From Squalus acanthias (taxonomy: Eukaryota): DNA of 64,000 nucleotides. The notes under the pieces are model-generated. The model was not told the origin of the DNA, ran no database searches, and worked only from the letters and a program-made list of their open reading frames with translations. Of this stretch, positions 25,111-38,014 are shown piece by piece. The position numbers were made by a program, and so were the translations under genes. Location of the stretch: NCBI GenBank assembly GCA_030390025.1, contig CM059431.1, positions 112,778,001 to 112,842,000 on the forward strand, in the 5' to 3' direction. Numbering within the stretch: position 1 is the stretch's first letter; every line of letters starts with the position of its first letter.

Positions 25111-26524
25111 TTCACAACTGGGATAACAATGGCTACTTGCTCCACAGAAAAGTGAGCTGCTTCTCTAAAAATTACATCTCAAAGTGCTTCACCTGCAAGT
25201 TAATTGGAAAATCCAAAATTCTCAAAAAACAGTGCTTGTGCAACAAACTTCCGTATGGACTACATTCCAAAATGCCTTCACCTCATTAGAAATCAAATAC
25301 CGAATGTTGGAAGAATTTTATCTGTCTGTACTAATCCAACATCTGCCGATAAAGTTAACTCATTGGAGTTAGTAAACTTCAATCCTCATCCAGAGTGTAG
25401 AGAGGTCAGAAACGCTCCCCACTCCTCCACCACTCAATCTCATGTTTTCTCCTACTCGGTCAGTATAGCTACCACCATGGTACTAGGAACTCCACAACTT
25501 GAGCACTCTGAACAAAACCAAGTAAAACTGATTTTTTGTTCAAACTTGCTGTGTGGTATTCCACAAAGGAGGTGGAAACCAAACCTTTGGAGGATTTGAG
25601 GGTTGGGGAGCCTCAGATCCAATGAAGAGCCCCAGCTCAAGACAGGATACTCCGGGATATAAAAGGCTCAATTCAGAATCTTACGTAGAAATAATCAAAT
25701 CTATCGTAGTTAAAGTATAGTTACTCCTCTGCGTCAAGAATCTAATCCTCCATTCTAGAGTTATCTGAAGTGTCCTTTCTGACACTAGTCCCAATTACAA
25801 TGTTCTGTAATTCACTCTTACAGCCTCACAAGTTCCTTTAGTTTAATCACAAAGAAATCACCCTTCACTTCCTAAGGTCACCCACTGGGGACTGGAGTGG
25901 GGAGGAAGAAAAATGAACAAAAGCATGGAAGGAAAAAACAGAGATTAATATTCTGTTACTCAGCAGGTAAACTTTAGAAAGAAATGGAATGTGATCACGA
26001 GAAATGGAGGCAAGAAAGCTTAGGGAGCACGAGCAACGTGTGGGAAAGAGTGTCATCGAGGGACTTTGTAAATCTAAAACGTTTCAGTACAACAAAATGT
26101 GATCCAAATGTATTTTATTCTTTTGCATAGCAACAGAATGAATGAGAAAATGAACAAGCAAATAAAACAGAGGTACAATATCAGATTCAAGCCTTACATG
26201 CAGCAGGAGCTGGGGACAGCGACTTGTCCATGTAAGTGCTGTGGTGGTGTCAATTTTTTTTTAAAAACGACAGGGTTTCGCCATTTGCCCCTTCCCTCTC
26301 CCCACAACCCCATCACCATTACAACTGCAACAATTTCAACTGCATAGAAAAGTTGAATACACTGGTCATTTACCTCACTGGTCACTACTCTAAGTGAAGT
26401 CAGCAACTACTTTTCAAAGCTAAAAATACAAAACAACTTACATTTATATAGCGCATTTAACGTAGCAAAACATCCCAAGGTGCTCAACAAGAGCGATATC
26501 AATAAAAACATTTTAGACACCAAT

Positions 26525-27532
26525 TCCATTAATCCCCAGCAACCACATCTGCAGTAAGTGTCTGCAGCTCGAGGAACTTCGGCTCAGAGTTGATGGGCTG
26601 GAGTCCGAGCTTTGGACACTGCGATACATCAGGGAGGGAGAAAGTTACCTGAACACTTTGTTCCAGGAGGCAGTCACACCCCTTAGGTTAAAGATTTGGT
26701 CCGTGGTCAGGGACAGGAGGGTGTGACTATGAGTGAGGCAGGTATGGGGGTCCAGAAGGTAGCATTGGAGGAGCCTCAGCCCTTGCACTTGTCCAACAGG
26801 TACGAGGTTCTTGCAGCCTGTGTGGACGAGTGCAAGGAGGATGAGCAAACTGACCAGAGCACCGTGGTACAGGGGGCCATTCAAGTTCGGAGAGTAAAAA
26901 GGAATGTTGTAGTGGTAGGGGACAGTATAGTTAGGGGGATAGATACAGTTCTCTGCAGCCGAGAGCGCGAGTCCTGAAGGTTGTGCTGCCTGCCAGGGTT
27001 AAGGACATCTCCTCGGGGCTGGAGAGGAACTTGGAGTGGGAGGGGAAGGATTCAGTTGTTGTTGGCCACGTAGGTACCAACGACATAGAAAGAGGTTCTG
27101 CTGAGGGAGTATGAACAGCCAAGGGCTAAATTAAAAAGCAGAACCACAAAAGGTAATAATCTCTGGATTACTACCTGAGCCACAAGCAAATTGGCATAGG
27201 GTCAATAAGATCAGAGAGTTGAATGCATGGCTCAAGGATTGGTGTGGGAGAAATGGGTTTTGATTCATTGAGCACTGGCACCAGTACTGGAGAAAGAGGG
27301 AGCTGTTCCGTTGGGACGGGCTTCACTTGAACCGTGCCGGGACCAGTGTCCTGGCGAATCGAATAACTAGGACTGTAGATAGGGCTTTAAACTAAATAAT
27401 GGGGGGGGGGGGGGGGGGGGGGGGGAGAAAGAGAAAGGGTTCAGATGAGGGGAAACTTAGAAAATTAAAGAGGAAGGACAAGGCAATAGTGCAGGGTAGC
27501 AATAACCAGAGTGTGACAGGAAGAGACAGAGC
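26525..27532 (+). mobile_element. CR1 copy a, ORF1 part (zinc finger plus SGNH) and G25 tract
   Basis: HICSKCLQL, LSNRYEVL, VVVGDSIVRGID, DGLHLN motifs; 25 G at 27401-27425; continues at 31636. Confidence 0.85.
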
Positions 27533-30500
27533 TTAAAGATTAAAAAGCAGGACCTCAAAAGGTAGAATTTTCAGAATACTCCCAGTGCCATGTGCTAGTG
27601 TGCACAGGAATAGGAGGACAGAACAGATGAATGCATGGCTGGAGAGATGGTGCAGGAGGGAGGGCTTTAGATTCCTGAGGCATTGGGACCGTTTCTGGGG
27701 AAGGTGGGACCTGTACAAGCCGGACGGGTTACACCTCAACAGAGCCGGGACCAACATTCTCGCAGGGAGGTTTGCTAGTGCTGTTGGGGAGGGTTTAAAC
27801 TAGCTTGGCAGGGGGATGGGCACTAGCATATAGGAGTAGAAAAGAGGAATAAGGTGCATAAAAGAGTGAGTGTGTTGGATATTACTAGAGAAGAAAATAG
27901 TACTAGAGGCAGAAGTAGTACCATTTTAGAAGGGAGACTAAGAAAGACTACGTAAAATTCAAAAATGGGTTTAGAATGCATGTATGTAAACACACAAAGT
28001 GTGGTGAATAAGGTTGGTGAGCTACAAGCACAATTAGCCGTGTGGCAATAACAGAAACATGGCTTAAAAACGGTGAGGACTGGGCACTTAATATTTAAGG
28101 GTACAAGGTGTTCAGAAAAGATAGGGAAGAAAAAAAGGGAAGTGGGGTGGCAGTGCTGATTAAGGAAGACATTGTAGTGTTGGAAAGGGAGGATGTCCTT
28201 GAGGGGACAAAGACAGAATCCATTTGGTTAGAGCTCAGGAGCAAAAAGGGAATGATCACGCTATTGGGAGTATTCTATAGGCCTCCAAATAGCGAGAGGG
28301 AGGCAGAGGAGCAAATCTGCAGAGATATGCAAGAGCTATGCAAGAGCTATAGAGTGGTGATATTGGGGGACTTTAATTACTAGATATTACTAGAGATCGA
28401 TTGGGATAATGCTAGGGTAAAGGAATTTCTGAAATGTGTTCAGGAGAATTTCCTTCACCAGTATGTTCTTGGCCCAACTAGGAAGGAAGCATTGCTGGAT
28501 CTGGTGCTGGGGAATGAGGTGGGCCAGGTCGACCAAGGGGGGAATTTTCCCAGCCCTGGGGAGGTGGGACTGCCGGGAAAATGGGAGCGGGTACTAATCC
28601 CGCTCCCAACCTGCGTCCGTACCATCTTCCCGGGAGGCGGGTCCCCGAGTCGCGCAGGGACCCGTCTCCGAGGCGGGAAGGGGATTAGAGCCAATTAACT
28701 GCCTGTTAACAGATAGTTAACAGGCAGTTAAGAGGCTTTTCCCCATTTTACGCCTGCAATTGCGGGCTTCCCGACGGCTGCAAACCTCGCCAGGGTCAGC
28801 GAGGCGAGCAGTGGGTCTGCGGGGGTGAGAGGGGTCGAAATGTCAGCTGTAGAGGTGAGTGATGGGTGCAAGTGTGGACAGGTAAGTATGAGAGGTGAGT
28901 GTAAACTGTTGAAAAAGTTTACTTACCTTTGCTTCTTTCTGCAGACTTCAACCGTTGGGGATCCGGAGGTGCCTCATCTCAACGGCAGAGATGACAGAAT
29001 GGCTGCTGCATTCTCAGATGCAGCAGCCATCTGCTTTCTGCTGAGGAGAGGGGTCTTGGTGTGCCTTTGTGCAAGGGCTCAGCTTAGAACAGAGATTGCC
29101 ATTGTTTGACTGCTTCTCAAAGCGGTCAAACGCTGACAAAGTCATCTGTCAAAAAATGACAGATGAAGCGTCATACGCTGACATCATCTGTCACCGGCTT
29201 TCCCTTAATTGGCCGGTAAGCCTGCAGGGCGGGCTTAACAAGGCCAATCAAGGGAAAATAGCGTGGGTTGGTCAAACGTCGCTGGGGGGCGAGACTGAAA
29301 CCCGGAAACCAGAAATCCCGCCTCCATTGACAAAATCCAGCCCCAAGTGTCTGTGGGAGAACACTTGTGTACGAGTGATCATCGTATCATAAGATTTAGA
29401 TTAGCAATGGAGAGGAGCAAGGAACAATCTAGAGTGAAACTTCTAAACTGGAATAGGGCTAACTTCAATGGGATGCAAAAGGATCTAGTCAGGGTAAAAT
29501 GGAACCAAAGACTGACAGGAAAAACTGTAACGGAACAATGGGTGATCTTTAAAGGAGGAGATGTTCCAAGTACAGGCTAGGTACATTCCAACAAGAGGGA
29601 AGGGTAAGGGAACCAAAGCAAGGGCTCCTTGGATGACAAGGGAGATAAAGATGATGATGAAACAAAAAAAGAGGATGTATGATGCATGTCAGGTGGCTTC
29701 TTCAAGGGAGAACCAGACCAAATACAATAAGTTGAGAGGGGAAGTGAAGATGAAAATAAGATTGGCAAAGAGAGAATATGAAAGTAGAATGGAAGTTAAC
29801 ATAAAAGGGAACCCAAAAATCTTCTATCGGTATGTAAACAGTAAGTGGGTAGTAAGAGGTGGAGTGGGGCCTATTAGAGACAAAGAAGGTGATATATGTT
29901 TAGAGGCGCAGGGCAAGGCTAGAATACTCAATGAGTACTTTATATTGGTGTTTACTAAGGAGGTGGATGCTGACAAAATATTGGTAGCAGTGGAAAAGGT
30001 AGAAGCAATGGAAGGGGTGAAAATTCATAGACAGGATGTACTAGAAAGGCTGGGTATGCTTAGAGTGGATAAGTCACCTGGTCCAGATGGCTTGCATCCC
30101 AGGTTGCTAAGGGAATTGGGGGAGGAGATAGCAGAAGGCCTTGCCATAATTTTCCAATCTTCCCTAGATATGGGGGAGTTGCCTGAGGATTGGAAAGTGG
30201 CAAATGTGACACCATTGTTCAAGAAAGGGTGTAAGGACAATCCTAGTAACTACAGGCCGGTCAGGTTATCAGTGGTGGGTAAAGTTTTAGAAACAATAAT
30301 CAAAGAAAAAATTAACAGGCACTTGGAGAGGTTTAAGCTAATTAAGGAGAGCCAACACGGATTTGTAAAAGGCAGGTCGTGTTTGAGTAATCTAATTGAA
30401 TTTTTTTATGAACTAACAGGGAGGATTGATGAAGGGAATGCAATGGATGTTGTCTACATGGATTTTCAGAAGGCATTTGACAAGGTACCACATAGAAGGC

Positions 30501-31635
30501 TGGTTAACAAAATTGAGGCTCATGGAATAGGTGGGTCAGTGGCAGCTTGGATAAGTAATTGGCTTAAGGACAGAAAACAGCGAGTTGTGGTAAATGGCTG
30601 TTTTTCAGACTGGAGGATGGTAGACAGTGGTGTTCCCCAAGGGTCAGTGCTGGGGCCACTGCTTTTTTTGATATAAATAAATGACCTGAATATTGGAATA
30701 CAAAGTAGAATTTCTAAATTTGCCGGTCACCAAACTTGGGTGTGTAGCAAACAGTGAGGATGATACCAATCGACTGCAACAGGACATAGAAATGCTAGCA
30801 GAATGGACAGACAAGTGGCAGATGGAATTTAATACAGAGAAGTGTGAGGTGATGTATTTTGGCAGAAGGAACAGGGAGAGGCAATATACACTTAATGGCA
30901 CAGTTTTAAAGAGTGTGCAGGGACAGAGGGACCTGGGAGTTAATGTGCATAGGTCCCTGAAGGTGGCAGGACATATTGAGAGAGTGGTTAGCAAAGCATA
31001 TGAGATCTTGGGTTTCATAAATAGAGGTATCGAGTACAAAAGTAGAGAAGTTATGCTGAATCTTTATAAAGTGCTGGTTAGGCCACAACTGGGGTATTGC
31101 ATCCAGTTCTGGTCACCACACTTTAGGAAGGATGCGAAGGCCCTTGAGAGGGTGCAGAGGAGATTTACCAGAATGGTTCTGGGGAAGGGGGATCTTAGCT
31201 ACAAGGACAAGTTGGAGAAGCTGGATTTGTTTTCATTAGAGTAAAGGAGGTTGAGTAGTGATTTAATAGAGGTGTACAAGATTATGACAGGTTTGGATAG
31301 GCTAGATGGGGAAAGGCTGTTCCCACTAGTTGATGGTACAAGGACTAGGGGACACAGATTTAAGGTTTTGGGCAAGAGATACAGGGGGGATGTGAGGGAA
31401 AAAAATGTTATGCAGCGAGTGGTGATGACCTGGAACTCGCTGCCGACGGAAGTGGTGGAAGCGGAAACAGTCAATGTTTTCAAGGGGAGACTGGATAGGC
31501 ACTTGAGGGAAATAAACTTCCAGGGCTACGGGGATAGAGCGGGGGAATGGGACTGACCCGATTGCTCTGCAGAGCCCCGGCACGGACTCGATGGGCCGAA
31601 TGGCCTCCTTCTGTGCCGTTATGACTCTACGACTC
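27533..31635 (+). mobile_element. CR1 copy b (ORF1 C-terminus plus near-complete ORF2 with stops/frameshifts), nested in copy a
   Basis: PDGLHLN; endonuclease GVFYRPP, ILGDFNY; RT ORF 29561-30676 ([28 protein letters not shown]); ATGACTCT tail. Confidence 0.92.
28537..29343 (+). mobile_element. PIF/Harbinger-type MITE, family C, 807 bp, inserted in CR1 endonuclease
   Basis: TIRs GGGGGGAATTTT / AAAATCCAGCCC, 3-bp TSD CAA; removal restores CR1 frame GQVDQ-VSVGEHL; homologous (inverted) to 61658-62491. Confidence 0.88.
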
Positions 31636-32767
31636 GAAAAGAGAGCACCAGCAAATAGGGTCAGAGTAGGAAAAAATCGTAAAAAGACAAAATTAAAGGC
31701 TCTTTATCTGAATGCACGCAGCATTCGTAACAAGATAGATGAATTGACAGCACAAATAGAAATAAATGGGTATGATCTGATAGCCATTGCAGAGACGTGG
31801 TTACAAGGTGACCAAGGCTGGGAACTGAATATTCAGGGGTATTTGACATTTCAGAAGGATAGGCAGAAAGGAAAAGCAGGTGGGGTAGCTTGTTACTAGA
31901 GGATGAGATCAGTACAGTAGTGAGAAATGATCTTGGGTGGGAAGATCAAGATGTAGAATCAGTTTGGGTGGTGATAAGAAATATTTAAGAGAAAGAAGTC
32001 ACTGTTGGGAGTAGCCTAACAGTAGCTACACTGTAGGACAGAGTATAAATGAAGAAATAATGGGGGCTTGTAAGAAAGGTACTACAATAATCGTGGGCGA
32101 TTTTAATCTTCATATCGATTGGACAAATTAAATTGGCAAAGGTAGCCTTGAGAACGAGTTCATAGAGTGTATTCAGGACAGTTTCTTAGAACAATACGTT
32201 GTGGAACCAACCAGGGAACAGGCTGTTTTAGATCTGGTAATGTGTAATGAGACAGGATTAATTAATGATCTCACAGTAAATGATTCTCTAGGGAAGAATG
32301 ATCATAGCATGATAGAATTTCACATTCAGTTTGAGGATGAGAAACTTGGGTCTGAAACTAGCGTCTTAAACTTAAATAAAGGCAATTACAAGGGTATGAA
32401 GACAGAGTTGGCTAAAGTGGACTGGGAAAATAGATTAAAAGCTAAGATGGTAGATAAGCAGTGGCAGACTTTTAAGGAGATATTTCATAACTCTCAACAA
32501 AGATATATTCCAGTGAGAAAGAAAGACTACAAGAAGGATGAACCATCCATGGCTAACTAAGGAAGTTAAGGTGGGTATCAAATCGAAAGAAAAGGCATAC
32601 AATGTTGCAAAGATTAGTGGTAGGCCAGAGGATTGGGACATTTTTAGAAACTTGCAAACGATGACTAAAAAAATAAGAGGGAGAAAATAGATTATTCGAG
32701 TAAATTAGCAAAAAATTTCAACACAGACAGAGCTTCCACAAGTATATAAAAAAAGAGTAGCTAAAGT

Positions 32768-33674
32768 CAGAAGTGGGGATGTTTGCTGATGACTGCAGAT
32801 TGTTCAGTGCCATTCACAACTCCTCAGATAATGAAGCAGTCCATGCCCGCATGCAACAAGACCTGGGCGATGTTCAGGCTTGGGATGATAAGTGGCAGGT
32901 AATATTCGCGCCACAGAAATGCCAGGCAATGACTATCTCCAACAGGCGAGAGGAGTCTAACCACCGCCCCTTGACATTCAATGGCATTACCATCGCCGAA
33001 TCCCCCACCATCAACATCCTGGGGGTCACCATTGACCAGAAACTTAACTGGACCAGCCACATAAATACTGTGGCAACAAGAGTAGGTCAGAGGCTAGGTA
33101 TTCTGCGGCGAGTGTCTCACCTCCTGACTCCCCAAAGCCTTTCCACCAACTACAAGGCACAGGTAAGGAGTGTGATGGAATACTCTTCATTTGTCTGGAT
33201 AAGTGCAGCTCCAACAACACTCAAGAAGCTCGACACCATCCAGGACAAAGCAGCCCGCTTGATTGGCACCCCATATACCACCTTAAGCATTCACTCCCTC
33301 TACCACCGGCGTACCGTGGCTGCAGGGTGTACCATCTACAAGATGCACTGCAGCAACTCGCCAAGGCTTCTTCGGCAGCACCTCCCAAACCCGCGACCTC
33401 TTCCACCTAGAAGGACAAGGGCAGCAGGCGCATAGCAACACCATCACCTCCAAGTCACACACCATCCTGACTTAGAAGTATATCGCCGATCCTTCATCGT
33501 CGCTGGGTCAAAATCCTGGAACTCCCTCCCTAACAGCACTGTGGGAGTACCTTAACCACACGGACTGCAGCAGTTCAAGGCGGCAGCTCACCACTACCTT
33601 CTCGAGGGCAATTAGGGATGGGCAATAAATGCTGCCCTTGGCAGTGACGCCCACATCACAAACAAATTTTAAAA
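32768..33674 (+). mobile_element. 5'-truncated non-LTR element nested in CR1
   Basis: MFADDC RT motif, 220-aa ORF, A tail, AAAGT duplicated on both sides; same family as 12620-13320. Confidence 0.85.
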
Positions 33675-34575
33675 AAAGTAAACATTGGTCCCTCAGAGGA
33701 TGAGACTGGGGAATTAATAATGGGAAGCAAGGAAATGGCAGAGACTTTGAACAAATATTTTGTATCTGTCTTCACGGTAGAAGACACTAAAAGCATCCCA
33801 ATAATAGTGGAAAATCAAGGGGCAAAAGGGAGGGAGGAACTTAAAACAATCACTATCACTGGAGAAAAAGTACTAGCTAAGTTAATGGGACTAATGGCGG
33901 ACAAGTCCCCTGGACCTGATGACCTGCATCCTAGGGTCTTAAAAGAAGTGGCTGCAGAGATAGTGGATGCAAAATTCCCTAGACTCTGGAAAGGTCCCAG
34001 TGGATTGGAAAACCGCAAATGTAACGCCCCTATTCAAGAAAGAAGGGAGACAGAAAGCAGGAAACTATAGGCCAGTTAGCCTAACATCTGTCATTGGGAA
34101 AATGCTGGAATCCATTATTAAGGAAGTAGTAGCATGACATTTAGAAAATCAGAATACAATCAAGCAGAGTCAACATGGTTTTATGAAAGGGAAATAGTGT
34201 TTGACAAATTTACTAGAGTTTTTTGAGGATGTAACGAGCCGGGTGGATAAAGGGGAACCAGTAGATGTAGTGTATTTGGATTTCCAAAAGGCATTCGATA
34301 AGGTGCCACATAAAAGGTTACTGCACAAGATAAGAGCTCAGGGTGTTGGGGGTAATATATTAGCATGGATAGAGGATTGGCTAACTAACAGAAAACAGAG
34401 TCGGGATAAATGGGTCATTTTCAGGTTGGCAAACTGTAACTAGTGGGGTGCCACAGGGATCAGTGCTGGGGCCTCAACTATTTACAATCTATATTAATGA
34501 CTTGGATGAAGGGATCGAGTGTACTGTAGCCAAATTTGCTAACGATACAAAGATAGGTGGGAAAGCAAGATGAGA

Positions 34576-34688
34576 GATCAGCCATGATCGTATTGAATGG
34601 CGGAGCAGGCTCGACGGGCCGAATGGCCTACTCCTGCTCCTAGATTCTATGTTTCTATGTTTCTATGTTTCTATGTATGTTTCTATGA
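34576..34688 (+). mobile_element. Short 5'-truncated CR1/HE1-tail insertion within CR1 RT
   Basis: Identical to the SINE tail at 2852-2940, with (TTTCTATG)n; ATGAGA on both sides. Confidence 0.8.
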
Positions 34689-35664
34689 GAGGAGGACAAA
34701 GAGTCTGCAAAGGGATATAGATAGGTTAAGTGAGTGGGCAAAAATTTGGCAGATGGAGTATAATGTGGGAAAATGTGAAGTTATCCACTTTGATAGGAAG
34801 AATAGAAAAGCAAAATATTATTTAAATATAGAGAGACTACAGAATGCTGCGGTACAGAGGAATCTGGGTGTCCTCATACATGAAACACAAAAAGTTAACA
34901 TGCAGGTACAGCAAGTAATTAGGAAGGCAAATGGAATGTTGGCCTTTATTGCAAGGGGGTGGAGTATAAAAGTAGTGAAGTCTTGCTACAACTGTACAGG
35001 GCGTTGGTGAGACCACACCTAGAGTACTGCGAACAGTTTTAATCTCATTTAAAAGGAGGGATATACTTGCATTGGAGGCAGTTCAGAGAAGGTTCACTAG
35101 GTTGATTTCTGGGATGAAGGGGTTGTCTAATGAGGAAAAGTTGAGCAGGTTGTGCCTATACTCATTGGAGTTTAGATGAGGTGTGATCTTATTGAAACAT
35201 AAGATTCTGAGGGGGTTGGACAGGGTAGATGCTGAGAGGATGTTTCCCCTCGTGGGGGAATCTAGAACTAGGGGGCATAGTTTCAGAATAAGGGGTCGCC
35301 CATTTAAGACGGAGATGAGGAGGAAGTTATTCTCTCAGAAGGTCGTGAATCTTTGGAATTCTCTACCCCAGAACGCTGTGGAGTCATTGAATATATTCAA
35401 GGCTGAGATAGACAGATTTTTGAACTACAGGAGAGTCAAGGGTTATGGGGAACATGCAGAAAAGTGGAGTTGAGGCCAAGATCATATCAGCCATGATCTT
35501 ATTGAATGGCGGAGCAGGCTCCAGGGGCCGAATGGCTTACTCCTGCTCTTATTTCTTATGTTAAGACATGCGCAAGTTGTAGTGGAGTGTTTGCATGACA
35601 ACCATATTTAAGAGTGAGAATAACAGAACCATACTGAAGAGTGGGAATCAAGCAGGCATATCCA

Positions 35665-35885
35665 ACAACTTGGCATTTGTATAACACCTTTAACGTAGAG
35701 AAAACATCTCAAGGTGCTTTACAGTGGCTTATGGGGAAAACATGAACGCAGAGTCAGAGAGAGATATTAGGAGGGGTAACCAAAAGCTTGGGCAAAGTGG
35801 TAGGTTTTAAAGGAGGACAGGGAATTGGAGAGGCAGAAGGGTTTAGGGAGGGAATTCTAGAACGTGGCGGCTGATGCAGCTGAAG
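35665..35885 (-). mobile_element. L2 3' end fragment
   Basis: CAACAACTTGGCATTTGTATAACACCTTTAACG and AAAGCTTGG..GTAGGTTTTAA as in other L2 copies. Confidence 0.7.
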
Positions 35886-35984
35886 GCTGTATTTCATGTT
35901 AATTATTGCTAACCATGAGCCATTCCCTGCTGCCACAGTGCAACCTTTTCCTTTTCTAACTATTCGGCAAATAGATCTACTTGC

Positions 35985-36060
35985 CTTTGTTCGTGTTTTC
36001 ACTTTGGACTTGGTCTTCTGCTTCCTTTTAAGTTTTTTCTTGCTCAAAGCTTTTTTATTT
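35985..36060 (-). CDS. MYCBP2: MYCBP2 coding exon 2 (76 nt, NKKALSKKKLKRKQKTKSKVKTRTK)
   Basis: Basic peptide matches human NKKILNKKKLKRKQKSKSKVKTRSK; acceptor ttttctgtttcAG; non-canonical donor AAG|GCAAGT keeps frame with exon 3. Confidence 0.95.
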
Positions 36061-36674
36061 CTGAAACAGAAAAGAAAATGAACAATTTTATGGCTAAAGA
36101 TACGTTACACAATTCAATCCTTGTTTTCACTTATCCTTGCAGCCTTCACACCTCCAGAAAAAAGAGATGAGACTTGCAATGGAAAATTTAACCAAAATAA
36201 ATTTGAGTCACATCTTTACAGGATTTGAGACTATCTACTTGTAGTTTTGCATTGGTGCTGATGATTATCTTAGTGGCACTGCACTGATAACATACTTGCT
36301 GTGTTCACTATTAGAGCAGTCCGAAAATTAAAAAGGATAGGTTTACCTTGAAGTTTAAGAATTTGACACTTCAGCAATTTGCTTCTGATAAATATCTGTA
36401 TTTACGCACAAAGTAGAACTGTGCCACTTTGTAAACACTTGTCTCCTACAATATACATGAGTCAGTAAATAGCTTCCAATATGGCAAGAACCCTAGTGTT
36501 TCTTTTATAAATTGTAAACTTTGTGCACTGCATTTTTCCAATCCACAGTAGTCGATCTCATTGATTTCCAAAAGCAAGACAACAGCACAATTGTGTTAAG
36601 TAGACAACCGATTTACCATACCTCATGGGCAGTGCGGAGTCTGCATTTTGAAGTGATTATATGCTGTGCTGTAA

Positions 36675-37545
36675 CATGGTTGACACCGATCCACATAAGG
36701 ATAAATTAGGGCAGGTGACCAAAAGCTTGGTCAAATAGGTAGGTTTTAAGCAGCGTCTTAAAGGAGGAAAGAGAGGTAGAGAGGCGGAGAGGTTTAGGCA
36801 GGGAATTCCAGAGCTTAGGGCCTAGGCCACAGAAGGCACGGCCACCAAAGGTTGAGCGATTATAATCCGGGATCCTCAAGAGGGCAGAATTAGAGGAGTG
36901 CAGATATCTCAGGGGGTTGTGGGGCTGAAGGAGATTAGAGAGATAGGGAGGGGCGAGGCCATGGAGGGATGTGAAAACAAGGATGAGAATTTTGAAATCG
37001 AGGCGTTGCTTAACCGGGAGCCAAAGTAGGTCAGCGAGCACAGGGGTGATGGACGAACGGGACTCGGTGCGAGTTAGGACACGGGCAGCCGAGTTTTGGA
37101 TGACCTCAAGTTTACGAAAGGTGGAATGTGGGAGGCCAGCCAGGAGTGCGTTGGAATAGTCAAGTCTAGAGGTAACAAAGGCATGGATGAGGGTTTCAGC
37201 AGCGGATGAGCTGAGGCAAGGGCGGAGACAGGCGATGTTACGGAGGTGGAATTAGGCGGTCTTTGTTATGCTGCGGATATGTGGTCGGAAGCTCATTTCA
37301 GGGTCAAATATGACACCAAGGTTGCAAACAGTGTGGTTCAGCGTCAGACAGATGTTAGGGAGAGGGATATTTAATTGGAGAAAATTTTCGCTCATCCAGA
37401 ACTGTATGTCGGACAAGCAGTCTGACAATTTAGACACCATGGAAGGGTCGAGAGAAGAAGTAGTGAGGTAGAGCTGGGTGTCGTCAGCGTACATGTGGAA
37501 ACTGACGTTGTGTTTTCGGATGATGTCGCCAAGGGGATGGTAATG
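36675..37545 (-). mobile_element. L2 LINE RT 3' portion
   Basis: FHMYADDTQLY, NLGVIFD, WLPVKQRLDFKIL, LWNSLP..FKTLLKTYLF. Confidence 0.9.
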
Positions 37546-38014
37546 AGACAAGTTAAGAAACAAAAGATGGCTCTAGATGAAATGTAAATGGCAATGGCAG
37601 AATGATCGACAGCTGCCATGTGAGAGAGAAAAAAAAACGATAGGGGCAGAGGTTATGGTCTGAAATTGTTGAACTCTATGTTGAGTCCAGAAGGCTTTAA
37701 AGTGTCTAATGCTGTTCCTCGAGCTTACGATGAGCTTCAAAAAAAGTTGTGTCTGTAGCACAAACAGCTTCAAAATGGTAACAAGAGGTTGGTTCACCAT
37801 CTGAATTAATTTTGACATTTTTTGACAAATAAACAGGAGTCTTCACTTGTTCTTGGACTCCGTGGGACTTTTACAGGGAAATCAGGAATTTTTTCAATGC
37901 AGATGCTACAGGTGGAACAGTATTCAATGTACATTGTCCAAGTGAACATTTTGCACCCATACTGTACAATAGATCACTACTCATATCCTCTACATCACAA
38001 AGACTGCCAACTTC

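Larger units (their letters stand above)
31636..35563 (+). mobile_element. CR1 copy a, ORF2 and 3' end (degenerate, two nested insertions)
   Basis: LYLNARSIRNK, IAETWL, KSPGPD.LHP, DFQKAFDKVPH, LWNSLP; 3' GGCCGAATGGC tail. Confidence 0.9.

Noticed and set aside
29561-30676. 371-aa ORF as a host gene or active retroelement
   Set aside because: CR1 RT fragment ending at a premature stop before the catalytic motif; the element has other stops and a MITE insertion
35976-35981. Canonical GT donor 4 nt downstream of the exon 2 GC donor as the main site
   Set aside because: Would frameshift exon 3, and CAA|GTAGAT is a poor consensus match
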